IMG/VR virus record: IMGVR_UViG_3300045988_161286
Direction: 5' to 3' (one strand)
DNA length: 64,000 bases
DNA from: a virus
Within the stretch, counting starts at the first letter, position 1. Each line of letters starts with the position of its first letter. The translations under genes and the position numbers were made by a program. Positions 17,353-26,061 of this stretch are shown here, in pieces. The notes below the pieces were generated by a model. That model saw only the letters and a program-made list of their open reading frames with translations, did not search any database and was not told the origin of the DNA.

Positions 17353-17429
17353 GGACTGTTAGCTCAACTGGTTAGAGCGGCAAACTCATAATTTGCGGGT
17401 ACAGGGTTCGACTCCCTGACAGTCCACCA
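17353..17429 (+). tRNA. tRNA with anticodon CAU (elongator Met or Ile2)
   Basis: Acceptor GGACTGT/ACAGTCC, D-arm GCTC ... GAGC, anticodon loop CTCATAA, T-loop TTCGACT, A73, CCA. Confidence 0.8.
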
Positions 17430-17566
17430 TTTACAAGTGAGTGCAATCGGCACAAACTCATTTTGTAACCTCCTTGACGCATGACGGATAAGCGTTACCA
17501 TAACGGTCTGTGGTTGTTCATCAAAATGAACTGAGTCCGTCCAAATAAAAGAAAGGAAAGAGTTTA

Positions 17567-17911
17567 ATGAAGAAGTTAAAAGCTGAACTACATAGAATGC
17601 GATTCTGGATAAGTGCAATATCAATATTTATTACAGTTCCATTATTCGTAATTGCTCGATTAGGAGCAGTGAATGAACGAAAATCAGAAATGCTCGGTGG
17701 CGAATTATTGATTTTGTTCATTCCATTCATTGCAAATATGATATACATAAACATTAAAGATACAATAATTCATCATCGCAGAATGACGATGATTCTCAAA
17801 AGAAAGAAAGTTCCAAAACCCACAATTGTGGTTAAAAATATTAAGAGTATAAAAGAGAATAATACGAAGGATGTGATTGATAATGTCCGTAGAGAAAAAC
17901 CAACTTTTTAA
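17567..17911 (+). CDS. membrane protein (114 aa)
   Basis: ATG after GAAAGGAAAGAG. Two hydrophobic helices (ISAISIFITVPLFVIA, LLILFIPFIANMIYI). Confidence 0.7.
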   Translation: MKKLKAELHRMRFWISAISIFITVPLFVIARLGAVNERKSEMLGGELLILFIPFIANMIYINIKDTIIHHRRMTMILKRKKVPKPTIVVKNIKSIKENNTKDVIDNVRREKPTF

Positions 17912-18164
17912 AGTTGGAGATAAGGTTAAAATACTTCCAACAATACTATCAGACTATCCTGATTTTCCGTATGTAGGAATAGTAGGCAGAGTGTGTGACA
18001 TGGCAGACGATAGTGATCCGATAGCTGTTGAGTTTTCACATCCTCACAGTTACTTGCACGACTGTGGGGGAATAGTTAAGCAACATTCTGGCTGGTATTG
18101 CTTTAGGAGCTATTTGGAATTTATACCTGATAATTTGCCAGATATTTGGGAGTATATTAAATAA
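17883..18164 (+). CDS. hypothetical protein, paralog of 10734-10994
   Basis: In-frame ATG 17883. The sequence is near-identical to the first copy over the first ~90 nt. Confidence 0.8.
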   Translation: MSVEKNQLFKVGDKVKILPTILSDYPDFPYVGIVGRVCDMADDSDPIAVEFSHPHSYLHDCGGIVKQHSGWYCFRSYLEFIPDNLPDIWEYIK

Positions 18165-18246
18165 AAGTGAGGTTTTATTGGAATTTAACTGATGAAAACC
18201 AAGAATAAATTCAATATTTAAACAAGATAGTATAGAGGTGCAAAAA

Positions 18247-18630
18247 ATGATTGATTGCTCGAAAACTAAAGACTACTTTTCTGAAAAGAGAAGGATGATA
18301 AAAAAACATAAATATATATGTAAACTTAATTGTGATGACTGCCCTTTGGGCTGGTCAAAGAATGGCAAAGGTATTTCGTGTGAAACTCTTGAAAAGTCCT
18401 ACCCTGAAAAAGCAATCGAAATAGTTCAAAAGTGGTCGGATAAACATCCGCAGAAGACTTATTTGAGCGAGCTTTTGAAAGCCTTTCCGAATGCTCAGCT
18501 CAATGATTCTGGAATGCCTAAAGGGATGTGCCCACATGAGTTAGGACTGAAAGATATAGATTGCGAAAAAACAGACAATGCGTGCGTCAAATGTTGGAAT
18601 CAGCCTATTGAGGACGGTGAAGAGCGATGA
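18247..18630 (+). CDS. Cys-rich hypothetical protein, paralog of 47507-47890
   Basis: ATG 18247 after AGAGGTG. The copies share SYPEKAI.IVQ.WSD.HPQ.TYLSE ... C..CW. Confidence 0.8.
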   Translation: MIDCSKTKDYFSEKRRMIKKHKYICKLNCDDCPLGWSKNGKGISCETLEKSYPEKAIEIVQKWSDKHPQKTYLSELLKAFPNAQLNDSGMPKGMCPHELGLKDIDCEKTDNACVKCWNQPIEDGEER

Positions 18631-18740
18631 AAAGATATATTGACGCCGATAAATTCATCTCATATTTAGGCTTCGAGAACACTGAAGAAGAACGAGATGA
18701 AAATATCGGTGAAATTGTTACACTCCCAACTGCGGTGTAA
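18627..18740 (+). CDS. hypothetical small protein (37 aa)
   Basis: Not in the track. ATGA overlap with the previous stop. Begins MKRYIDADKFISYLGF. Confidence 0.45.
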   Translation: MKRYIDADKFISYLGFENTEEERDENIGEIVTLPTAV

Positions 18741-18762
18741 AATGGATAAGGAGTGAGCAACA

Positions 18763-18907
18763 ATGCCTTGTAAAAAATGCGGATTGCAATACTCAAGTTA
18801 TTGCGTTGATTGCATATATGTAAAAAACAGGACTTAACTTAAACGATGAAGAATATCACGAGATTTTGAAATTGTGGGACGAGCAAGAAGGGGTCACGAA
18901 AAAATGA
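18763..18907 (+). pseudogene. small Zn-ribbon-like gene interrupted at an A6 run
   Basis: ATG after AAGGAGTGAG gives MPCKKCGLQYSSYCVDCIYVKNRT*. Removing one A from the run at 18822-18827 fuses it to ...TGLNLNDEEYHEILKLWDEQEGVTKK. Confidence 0.45.
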
Positions 18908-19062
18908 ATGCAATAGTCCAATATTATGATTTTTATGCCATTGATGAATATTGTTGTGAAGAGGAAGTTTTACCAAGACCTCCCAGAGTTATCGGCAAAC
19001 CTTGCGGAGCAAAAATTTATAAAAAACATACATATTTTCATTGTCGAAGTATGTTGAGATAA
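18904..19062 (+). CDS. hypothetical protein (52 aa)
   Basis: In-frame ATG 18904 with an ATGA overlap. The track start at 18874 is an upstream GTG. Confidence 0.55.
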   Translation: MNAIVQYYDFYAIDEYCCEEEVLPRPPRVIGKPCGAKIYKKHTYFHCRSMLR

Positions 19063-19215
19063 GGGTGATATAAATGGGGACATCATATGAAGCTCAAATT
19101 GATAGTGAAGAGGGGAAGAATATGCAATTCAATTTTAAACTACCAACTATCGTTATTACAAAATGATAGAAAGGTTGTTAATTTTGAAGGAGGTCAAAAA
19201 GGAGAGTGAAAGTAA

Positions 19216-19653
19216 ATGATTCAATTATGTAGAGCTAAAGAGGAAAATACAGGTGAATGGGTGTATGGCTATTACACTTTGTATCCTAAATGTTGTGGGT
19301 TACATCCTTGCATACTTACTGGAACAGAATCTGGATGTATTATACCTAAATTTATTGATTTGGATACTTTAGGAGGCTGTACTGATATGATTGATATAAA
19401 TGGTACAGAAATGTTTGAAGGAGATGTTCTCAAAATTAAAAGCTATGACTACGACTATGAATATATAACTCAAGTTTATTATTCTTGTCATACATTATGT
19501 GTTGACATTTACGGGCAGGATTATGATTTTACTGCTATTGGTTTTGCAGATGATATTTGGGACGAGGATTGTTGTGAGATAGAAGTTATCGGCAACATCT
19601 ATGATAATCCAGAACTTTTAGGAGATAAAGAAAATGACAGTAATGACACCTGA
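19216..19653 (+). CDS. YopX-family protein
   Basis: Begins WVYGYY and ends EVIGNIYDNPELL, both typical of YopX. Confidence 0.75.
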   Translation: MIQLCRAKEENTGEWVYGYYTLYPKCCGLHPCILTGTESGCIIPKFIDLDTLGGCTDMIDINGTEMFEGDVLKIKSYDYDYEYITQVYYSCHTLCVDIYGQDYDFTAIGFADDIWDEDCCEIEVIGNIYDNPELLGDKENDSNDT

Positions 19654-19816
19654 TGAATATAGAAAAAAGCACCCTCGTTGTGCTACCTGTAAATATTTTG
19701 TTTCTAACTATGCAAATTCTTATAGGGGTATTTGTGATGTTAAAGAGCAATCAACGAAAAGAACTAAAGGCAGATTTTGTAAAATATATAAGTTTACCTG
19801 TTTTAAGGAGGATTAA
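19634..19816 (+). CDS. hypothetical Cys-containing protein (60 aa)
   Basis: Track ORF. ATG after GGAGA. Contains a CATCKYF motif. Confidence 0.6.
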   Translation: MTVMTPDEYRKKHPRCATCKYFVSNYANSYRGICDVKEQSTKRTKGRFCKIYKFTCFKED

Positions 19817-19819
19817 ATA

Positions 19820-20446
19820 ATGGTTTCATATAATACACAAATTGATAATACAACATTCTGTGAGAAATTTAACACACATAAAGCAACGCTTATTCAGGAC
19901 ACAGACCGTTACCTAATTATTGATTGGCGAAAAGCTGATGGAAGCGGAGATTATTATGTGAATTACATAGTAGATAAGAAAAGAGGTAACTTCATAGTTA
20001 GCGGTGATTTGGGTGATAGCATTGCTACTTGGTATCATAAGATTAAGCCGTCAGATCTTAAAAAATATGTAAAAAATGATATTGGGTATTACATAAGCAA
20101 GATTCAAACAGCATCAGATTTGTTTTATTATGATGAAAAAGATGTTGTAGAGAGTATTAAATACAATCTTGAGGATTTTGATTCCGATGACATAATATCT
20201 TCGTATAGCGACCATAGTTCCCGTTATATGGAATCGGAAGATGATGTCTGGAAAGCTCTTGAACATGAAGTTTCAAACTGTATTTACGGTGACAAGTTTA
20301 TACCGTCAGAACTGATTGTAGATTTTTGTTCTGAACTTAATGCTGATTACTTTGAGTGGCTTTATGATTGTGGCAAACGAATACATCCTCGTGTTTATTT
20401 ATGGGCAGAAGGATTTTATCGTGCATGTAATCAGCTTGGCATATAG
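19820..20446 (+). CDS. hypothetical protein (208 aa)
   Basis: ATG after AAGGAGG. Confidence 0.8.
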   Translation: MVSYNTQIDNTTFCEKFNTHKATLIQDTDRYLIIDWRKADGSGDYYVNYIVDKKRGNFIVSGDLGDSIATWYHKIKPSDLKKYVKNDIGYYISKIQTASDLFYYDEKDVVESIKYNLEDFDSDDIISSYSDHSSRYMESEDDVWKALEHEVSNCIYGDKFIPSELIVDFCSELNADYFEWLYDCGKRIHPRVYLWAEGFYRACNQLGI

Positions 20447-20520
20447 TCTTTATAAATGATGAAGAAGAAATTCTTGATACACTTAAAATGTTAGAAGCAA
20501 TTGAGTAGGAGGCAAAAAAA

Positions 20521-21444
20521 ATGAAAATATTTTATCACAATGATGCTGATGGTAAATGTGCAGGTTTCTGGGTTAGTGAACTTGCCTATGCAAAGGAACT
20601 CGCTTATGTAACAGAATATATCGGTTATATAAAAATGGATTATGGTAGAGAATTTCCATTTGATAAGATTAAGAAAAATGAAACAGTATATATTGTTGAT
20701 TACTCAATCGAACCAAGTGAAATGGATAAGCTTCTCGAAATCACACCAAATGTTACTTGGATCGACCACCATATTTCAGCAATTAAAAAATATGAAAACT
20801 ATGACAAAGAAATTCGTGGTGTCAGATATGACGGAGTAGCAGGATGTATGCTTACATATTGTTATCTGAAGCATATGACAGATAGAGGCATTGGTGATAT
20901 TAAACCATTCGAGAAGAGTATGACGGAAGATGCTCCGATGTTTACAAAACTGATTGCTGATTATGATGTGTGGACTTTCAAATACGGACATTCAACTAAA
21001 GAATTTCATGCGGGATTTAAAGCACTACCGAACACAGAGCCAACCAGTAATTGGTGGCTGAAATTAAATGATCCTGTATATGGTTATGGTGCTACAGACT
21101 TCTTAATTAAAGAAGGTATTTCAAGGATTCAGTATCGCAAAGAAACAATGACACATTATTGTGAAACTTTCGGTTTTGAGGTGATGTTTAACGGTTACAA
21201 ATGCTTTGCTGTTAATATGGGAATGATGAGTAGTGACGATTTTGTTATTAATAACATTGACGATTATGATATGCTGATTGGCTTTGTTTTCAATGGTCAC
21301 GAATGGAGATATTCTCTGCGTTCAACGAAGGTTGATTGTTCAAAGGTTGCTATGTTGTATGGCGGTGGCGGTCATAAAGGTGCTGCTGGGTTTAATACCA
21401 AAGAATGTGTTTTAGGAAAGGGCGATGACTGTGAAAATTCTTAA
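20521..21444 (+). CDS. DHH/DHHA1 phosphoesterase (NrnA/RecJ-like)
   Basis: Motifs YHNDADGKCAG, IVDYS, WIDHH and the DHHA1 signature GGGGHKGAAGF. Confidence 0.8.
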   Translation: MKIFYHNDADGKCAGFWVSELAYAKELAYVTEYIGYIKMDYGREFPFDKIKKNETVYIVDYSIEPSEMDKLLEITPNVTWIDHHISAIKKYENYDKEIRGVRYDGVAGCMLTYCYLKHMTDRGIGDIKPFEKSMTEDAPMFTKLIADYDVWTFKYGHSTKEFHAGFKALPNTEPTSNWWLKLNDPVYGYGATDFLIKEGISRIQYRKETMTHYCETFGFEVMFNGYKCFAVNMGMMSSDDFVINNIDDYDMLIGFVFNGHEWRYSLRSTKVDCSKVAMLYGGGGHKGAAGFNTKECVLGKGDDCENS

Positions 21445-21616
21445 ACACGGAAAATATTATCATCCACCACAGTTGTGTATCTGTCCAAAATGCGGATGCG
21501 AATTTGTGGTAGATGATGATAAATGTGGGCATTCTTACTTTGATGATATTTACGGATGCGAGTGTCCTGAATGTGATACAAGAAGTCCGTCAGTAGGGGA
21601 TTATAAAAAATGGTAA
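21431..21616 (+). CDS. small Zn-ribbon protein, family member 1 of 4
   Basis: GTG 21431, 8 nt after GAAAGGG, gives (M)KILKHG..., matching the paralog N-termini. Contains CPKCG ... CPEC. The track start is at 21425. Confidence 0.65.
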   Translation: MKILKHGKYYHPPQLCICPKCGCEFVVDDDKCGHSYFDDIYGCECPECDTRSPSVGDYKKW

Positions 21617-21816
21617 AAATTATTAAAAGTGGTACAGATTGTGTGACGAAGTTGTTTCGTCAGGATGGTAGTATAGTCAGTTTTGAGTGTAGAATGTGCG
21701 GTTGTGTTTTTGAAACCGACATTTATTCAATCAGAGCTTTTAGCAATCCTGTATATAGAGAATCGGTTTGTCCACAATGCCTATCAACCACTAAGAAACT
21801 CGGTGCAATTGGATAA
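21610..21816 (+). CDS. small Zn-ribbon protein, family member 2 of 4
   Basis: MVKIIKSG ... CRMCGCVFE ... CPQC. Confidence 0.7.
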   Translation: MVKIIKSGTDCVTKLFRQDGSIVSFECRMCGCVFETDIYSIRAFSNPVYRESVCPQCLSTTKKLGAIG

Positions 21817-21846
21817 TAAAATACATATTTTAAGGAGGTGTAAGAA

Positions 21847-22068
21847 ATGGACATAACGACAATTATATCAATTGTGGTTTCGGCAGTTGCGGTAATAATT
21901 GTAATCGCTTGCGATATTTATATTGCTGTAAATCACAAAAAATTAAAGAAAGCTGAAAGAAAAATAAAAAGCCTTGATATATACATAAAAACTACAAAAG
22001 CGTATATGGATGCTCTTGAGCAGGATTACAGAGAGGTGATTAAGAAAACCGAAAGGGAGGCAGTATAA
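21847..22068 (+). CDS. membrane protein (73 aa)
   Basis: ATG after AAGGAGGTG. N-terminal TM helix TIISIVVSAVAVIIVIACDIYIAV. Confidence 0.7.
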   Translation: MDITTIISIVVSAVAVIIVIACDIYIAVNHKKLKKAERKIKSLDIYIKTTKAYMDALEQDYREVIKKTEREAV

Positions 22069-22337
22069 TGTTAGATTGTGAAAAACAAGTAATGAAAAGT
22101 TTATCAAATGAGCAATTGATTTACCTTATTGAACATTTGTTGCGTATTGAAGAACGAATTAGCACTTACTGTAGTGAGGTAACTAAAGAACATATGTGTT
22201 CTGATGAAGCTGTTTTCCATATTCGTGCGAGACTTTGGGAGATACCTACTATTAACAGCAGAACTTTACCCGCATATATTGATATGAAATTAGGTAAAAT
22301 TACTGATGAAGAGTTTAGATGTATTTTTTGTGGTTGA
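22068..22337 (+). CDS. hypothetical protein (89 aa)
   Basis: ATG overlaps the previous stop. SD is GGGAGG. Confidence 0.7.
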   Translation: MLDCEKQVMKSLSNEQLIYLIEHLLRIEERISTYCSEVTKEHMCSDEAVFHIRARLWEIPTINSRTLPAYIDMKLGKITDEEFRCIFCG

Positions 22338-22357
22338 CAAGGAGGATTGGATAAGCA

Positions 22358-22543
22358 TTGAGTAAGTGTATGTTATGTCTACATAAACAAATATGTCGAT
22401 ATAACGATGGAGTTAATGAATGGTGCAAGTCAACATACAAATGTCCTCACTTTAACGATGACGATGTATCATTTTGGCTTCATGCCGACATTGACGATAT
22501 TATGGACTATATCAAGGCTAAGAATAATGTTACAAATACTTAG
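22358..22543 (+). CDS. hypothetical Cys-rich protein (61 aa)
   Basis: Track ORF with a TTG start. The exact start is uncertain. Confidence 0.55.
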   Translation: MSKCMLCLHKQICRYNDGVNEWCKSTYKCPHFNDDDVSFWLHADIDDIMDYIKAKNNVTNT

Positions 22544-22588
22544 CAAAAGAGCGGAATAATGTTACCTTAGCAAAAGGAGGAAGATATT

Positions 22589-23629
22589 ATGGCAAATTTT
22601 GAAAATATTACAATTGAAAAGGGTATGTATCAGACAAAGGGCGGAATTTCGGACGCACTTGAAAAGCTTGATCCGTCAGAAAATTACAGAGGTACTGCAC
22701 TTGAAGGACTTGACGCATTTTCCCGTCAGCTCAAACGCTTTGATATTAAGGTGAAGGGCAGAAACAGCGACTGCGTTGAAAAGTTTTTTCAGAGTTCAAA
22801 CTCTGCGGCACTTTTCCCCGAATATGTGAGCAGAGCCGTTATGCAGGGCATAGAGAGAGCGGATATTCTCCCAAATCTTGTGGCAACCGTGACAGCCATT
22901 GAGGGTATGGATTACCGCAGTATTGCATCTGTTCCGAGTGAGGATGACAAGAATCTTAAACTCGTCGGAGAGGGTACAAAGATTCCGCAGACTGAGGTTA
23001 AGACAAGAGAAAATCTTGTTAAGCTCCACAAGCGTGGCAGAATGCTTGTTGCATCATATGAGGCTCTTCGCTTTCAGCGTCTTGACCTCTTTGCCGTAAC
23101 ACTCAATCAGATTGGCGCATATATTGCAAAAGCACAGCTTAAAGATGCGATTGATGTGCTTGTGAACGGCGACGACAATGAAAATCCTGCCGACACACTT
23201 GATGTTGCAACAGGCGGCAAAATTACACATGAAGACCTTTTAAAACTCTGGACAGAGCTTGCCCCGTATGAACTCAACACAATTCTTGCGTCAACCCCCG
23301 AAATGCAGAAGATTCTTTCGCTCTCTCAACTTCAGGATTCAAACGCAGGTCTTGATTTTCAGGTTCAGGATTCAAACGCAGGTTTTGATTTTCAGGCTAC
23401 GGGCAGAATATTTACACCTCTCGGCGCAAGCCTTTTTCACACTCCCGAGCTTGAGGGTGGTAAGATTATCGGTCTTGACAAAAACTGTGCGCTTGAAATG
23501 GTTCAGGTAGGCGGTGTTGTTACAGATTACGACAAGCTTATTGACCGTCAGTTTGAAAGAGCCGCAGTTACCTGTACCGCCGGTTTTTCAAAAATCTTTA
23601 CAGAGGCGTCAAAGGTAATGAATTGTTAA
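22589..23629 (+). CDS. HK97-fold major capsid protein-like
   Basis: ATG after AAAGGAGG. Resembles the Phage_capsid family pattern (AIDVLVNGDDNENP ... LDVATGGKITHEDLL ...). No portal, protease or scaffold gene lies nearby. Confidence 0.6.
   Translation: MANFENITIEKGMYQTKGGISDALEKLDPSENYRGTALEGLDAFSRQLKRFDIKVKGRNSDCVEKFFQSSNSAALFPEYVSRAVMQGIERADILPNLVATVTAIEGMDYRSIASVPSEDDKNLKLVGEGTKIPQTEVKTRENLVKLHKRGRMLVASYEALRFQRLDLFAVTLNQIGAYIAKAQLKDAIDVLVNGDDNENPADTLDVATGGKITHEDLLKLWTELAPYELNTILASTPEMQKILSLSQLQDSNAGLDFQVQDSNAGFDFQATGRIFTPLGASLFHTPELEGGKIIGLDKNCALEMVQVGGVVTDYDKLIDRQFERAAVTCTAGFSKIFTEASKVMNC
23333..23398 (+). repeat. 33-nt in-frame tandem duplication inside the capsid-like gene
   Basis: CAGGATTCAAACGCAGGTCTTGATTTTCAGGTT x2 with 2 mismatches. 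Encodes QDSNAGLDFQV / QDSNAGFDFQA. Confidence 0.9.
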
Positions 23630-23644
23630 GGAAGGAGTGGAATA

Positions 23645-23794
23645 ATGTTACAGTTTGTATGTTTTGTCATTGGAGCGATATTTGGTGGTTGTTTTGCAGC
23701 TACTGTAATGGCACTTATTTTTGCCCACACCGACTTATATGTAAAAGATGGTGATGATAACAATGAAGAAAAGTCTCCACAAGAGGGTGAATGA
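23645..23794 (+). CDS. small membrane protein (49 aa)
   Basis: Not in the track. ATG after AAGGAAGGAG. Product begins MLQFVCFVIGAIFGGCFAATVMALIFA. Confidence 0.55.
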   Translation: MLQFVCFVIGAIFGGCFAATVMALIFAHTDLYVKDGDDNNEEKSPQEGE

Positions 23795-23930
23795 TAAAGG
23801 TAAATGGTTTCAAGAAGATGTGCGTGATAAACGATATGTTTGTCATACAAATAAACATCTTGCTTGGTGTAAAAGATACTTAAATCGTTCATTCAGGCGT
23901 AAGAATAATCAAATAAAAGAGGAGTTTTAA
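23748..23930 (+). CDS. basic hypothetical protein (60 aa)
   Basis: Track ORF. It overlaps the previous small ORF, so the start is uncertain. Confidence 0.45.
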   Translation: MVMITMKKSLHKRVNDKGKWFQEDVRDKRYVCHTNKHLAWCKRYLNRSFRRKNNQIKEEF

Positions 23931-23932
23931 AT

Positions 23933-24562
23933 ATGCCAACAGGATTTACATCTTTTATTGAAAATGGAACAATAACAACAGGAAAAGATTTTCTTTTACT
24001 CTGTTCTCGCAATTTTGGTTTAGCAGCAAAAATAAGCAGAGATAAAGGGTTGGAAACACCTATACCAACGCATTTCACACCCGGTAACTTTTATCAAAAA
24101 CATTATGAAGAATCTGTAGAGAAATATAAGAAATTTTCTCAAATGACAGATACAGAGTTTGCTAAATATATGCGTACAGAACATGATTCATGTATAGATA
24201 GAGCCAAACAGTGTTTGAATGAGATGATTGCAACAGATAAAGTGTATCAACGCATCAAACAAGAAGTGGAGAAATGGAAACCACCGACTAACCTGCATGA
24301 AAACATTAAGATATTTGCGCTAAATCAGATTGACATGTGTATAAGTACAGATCAGGACTATGATTATTATATGCGAATTATAAACAAGACATTTGACGAT
24401 ACTCCAGAAAGTGTCAAAGAATATAAGAAAAACTTTTTGAAGTCGTTAAAGGATGAAATACGGCAAGCTAAATCGGATTTAGACAGAGAAAATAAGCGAG
24501 TCGAAGATTATAACATTTTTATGAAGCAGTTTTTAGAAAGTTTGGAAACAATAAAAGTATAG
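23933..24562 (+). CDS. hypothetical protein (209 aa)
   Basis: ATG after AGAGGAG. Confidence 0.8.
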   Translation: MPTGFTSFIENGTITTGKDFLLLCSRNFGLAAKISRDKGLETPIPTHFTPGNFYQKHYEESVEKYKKFSQMTDTEFAKYMRTEHDSCIDRAKQCLNEMIATDKVYQRIKQEVEKWKPPTNLHENIKIFALNQIDMCISTDQDYDYYMRIINKTFDDTPESVKEYKKNFLKSLKDEIRQAKSDLDRENKRVEDYNIFMKQFLESLETIKV

Positions 24563-24673
24563 TTTTACAGCTAAAACCGTGATTTCCGTTTTTATCCTTC
24601 AATAATTGCATTTATAGCAGTAAAATGAGCAGATAAAAACAGATATTACGTAATTAACCAAAGAGGTGAAAGT

Positions 24674-25024
24674 ATGAAAATTTATGCTATTACAAAGGGC
24701 GATTACTCTGATTATCATATCTGCCAACTGACAACTGATTATGAAAAAGCTAAAAGATATAAAGAGGCTTATTCCGATAAGTGGTATGAGGCTTGTATTG
24801 AAACATACGAAGATAATGAAAACGATGAACAGATGTTGTATTGGCAATATAGCCTTGGCACTGACACGCTCACATTAAGTGAAACAATTGATACTGAAAA
24901 AATATGGACGCATCAAAATGGCAGTATTTATAGGGTAGATGTTCGTGCTTCGGATAAAATGCACGCCTTTAAAAAAGTATTTGATATGCTGGCAAAGTAT
25001 AAAGCCGAACAGGCTGGATTGTAA
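24674..25024 (+). CDS. hypothetical protein (116 aa)
   Basis: ATG after AGAGGTG. Confidence 0.75.
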   Translation: MKIYAITKGDYSDYHICQLTTDYEKAKRYKEAYSDKWYEACIETYEDNENDEQMLYWQYSLGTDTLTLSETIDTEKIWTHQNGSIYRVDVRASDKMHAFKKVFDMLAKYKAEQAGL

Positions 25025-25064
25025 ATACATATAAGAATTTGAAACAAGGGAGAGTACACTCTCC

Positions 25065-25188
25065 CTTTGGCATTTGCATTGTCGAAAGACTGCTTTACTT
25101 AAAGTAAAGTATTAGAAAGGTTAAAAATTATGACTGGAAATATGATTATTTTGAAGAGGCAAAATAATCATATTTAGAAATGCCAAAG
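25065..25188 (+). ncRNA. structured RNA element C (minimal paralog of A/B)
   Basis: Closing helix CTTTGGCATTT (25065-25075) / AAATGCCAAAG (25178-25188). GTC-GAAA-GAC hairpin. CTTTACT-TAA-AGTAAAG (25093-25109). 15-bp perfect hairpin AAATATGATTATTTT (25138-25152) / AAAATAATCATATTT (25161-25175). Confidence 0.55.
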
Positions 25189-25211
25189 ACTAAGGAGGAA
25201 TTTAAGTAAAT

Positions 25212-25625
25212 ATGTTTGCTTTAACTAAAATTGATAGTATACCAAACAATTATCAAAAATATCATATACATAATAATTTACTAATATCTAATAGAATACG
25301 AAGTCATCTGGTTCAGAGATTTCCTGATTGTCATTGGGAAGTCACAAACAATGATATTTATATTAATGTGAGTCTTAAATCTTCACCTTGGGAGAAAAAT
25401 AGTAAAATTGTTCATGCGATTGCTGATTATGCGTATTATTATGCAGATAGCTATAATTACGATCACACTGATATAAATTCTGATTATTGTAATATGAATT
25501 TTTTCGGCGTATACAAGAACAATATTATTGCGAAAGATTATACACAATTAGGAGCAACAAGCAAAACTCAACAGATGGAGCTTGAATTTATGCGTCAGTA
25601 TAATGAAGCATTTACAAATGAATAA
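25212..25625 (+). CDS. hypothetical protein (137 aa)
   Basis: Track ORF. AAGGAGG lies 13 nt upstream. Confidence 0.75.
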   Translation: MFALTKIDSIPNNYQKYHIHNNLLISNRIRSHLVQRFPDCHWEVTNNDIYINVSLKSSPWEKNSKIVHAIADYAYYYADSYNYDHTDINSDYCNMNFFGVYKNNIIAKDYTQLGATSKTQQMELEFMRQYNEAFTNE

Positions 25626-25632
25626 GAAATAA

Positions 25633-25667
25633 AACAGCGAAGATTTTTGTCTTCGCTGTTTTTGTTG
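25633..25667 (+). terminator. rho-independent terminator
   Basis: AACAGCGAAGA-tttttg-TCTTCGCTGTT followed by TTTGTTG. Confidence 0.75.
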
Positions 25668-25680
25668 TAAGGAGACATCT

Positions 25681-26061
25681 ATGGAGAAATACAATTATGT
25701 CGAAGCAGTTAAAGAAAATGTGAGAAGTTATATTAGAGATAATATAAAAATTCTGGAATACATAAGCAGAGACGAAAAAGAAGAGATAATTAGTAATGGG
25801 GTACTAACTGAATATATGAATCCTTTGTTAGTGCAAGCAAATAAAAAGTTCGCAGACATTGAAAATTGGACAGCCGAAGAACATTTGTGTCACAATTTTG
25901 ATTTGCTATTCAAGGCAGTGAATGTGTTTGGTTTAGATTTTGAACAGACATTGACAGGACAACCAGCATATGCAGATGGCATAGTAAGATGTTATGTTGT
26001 AAAAAGAGCGGTATCTGAAGTTCTCGATGAGTATGAAGATTTATTAGATATAGAGGAATGA
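25681..26061 (+). CDS. hypothetical protein (126 aa)
   Basis: ATG after AAGGAGA. Confidence 0.75.
   Translation: MEKYNYVEAVKENVRSYIRDNIKILEYISRDEKEEIISNGVLTEYMNPLLVQANKKFADIENWTAEEHLCHNFDLLFKAVNVFGLDFEQTLTGQPAYADGIVRCYVVKRAVSEVLDEYEDLLDIEE

Noticed and set aside
22549-23650. Repeated GGAATAATGTTAC on both sides of the capsid gene, as a possible regulatory motif.
   Set aside because: The downstream copy is simply an SD-proximal sequence plus ATG-TTA of a small ORF. The upstream copy is part of the imperfect duplication already described.
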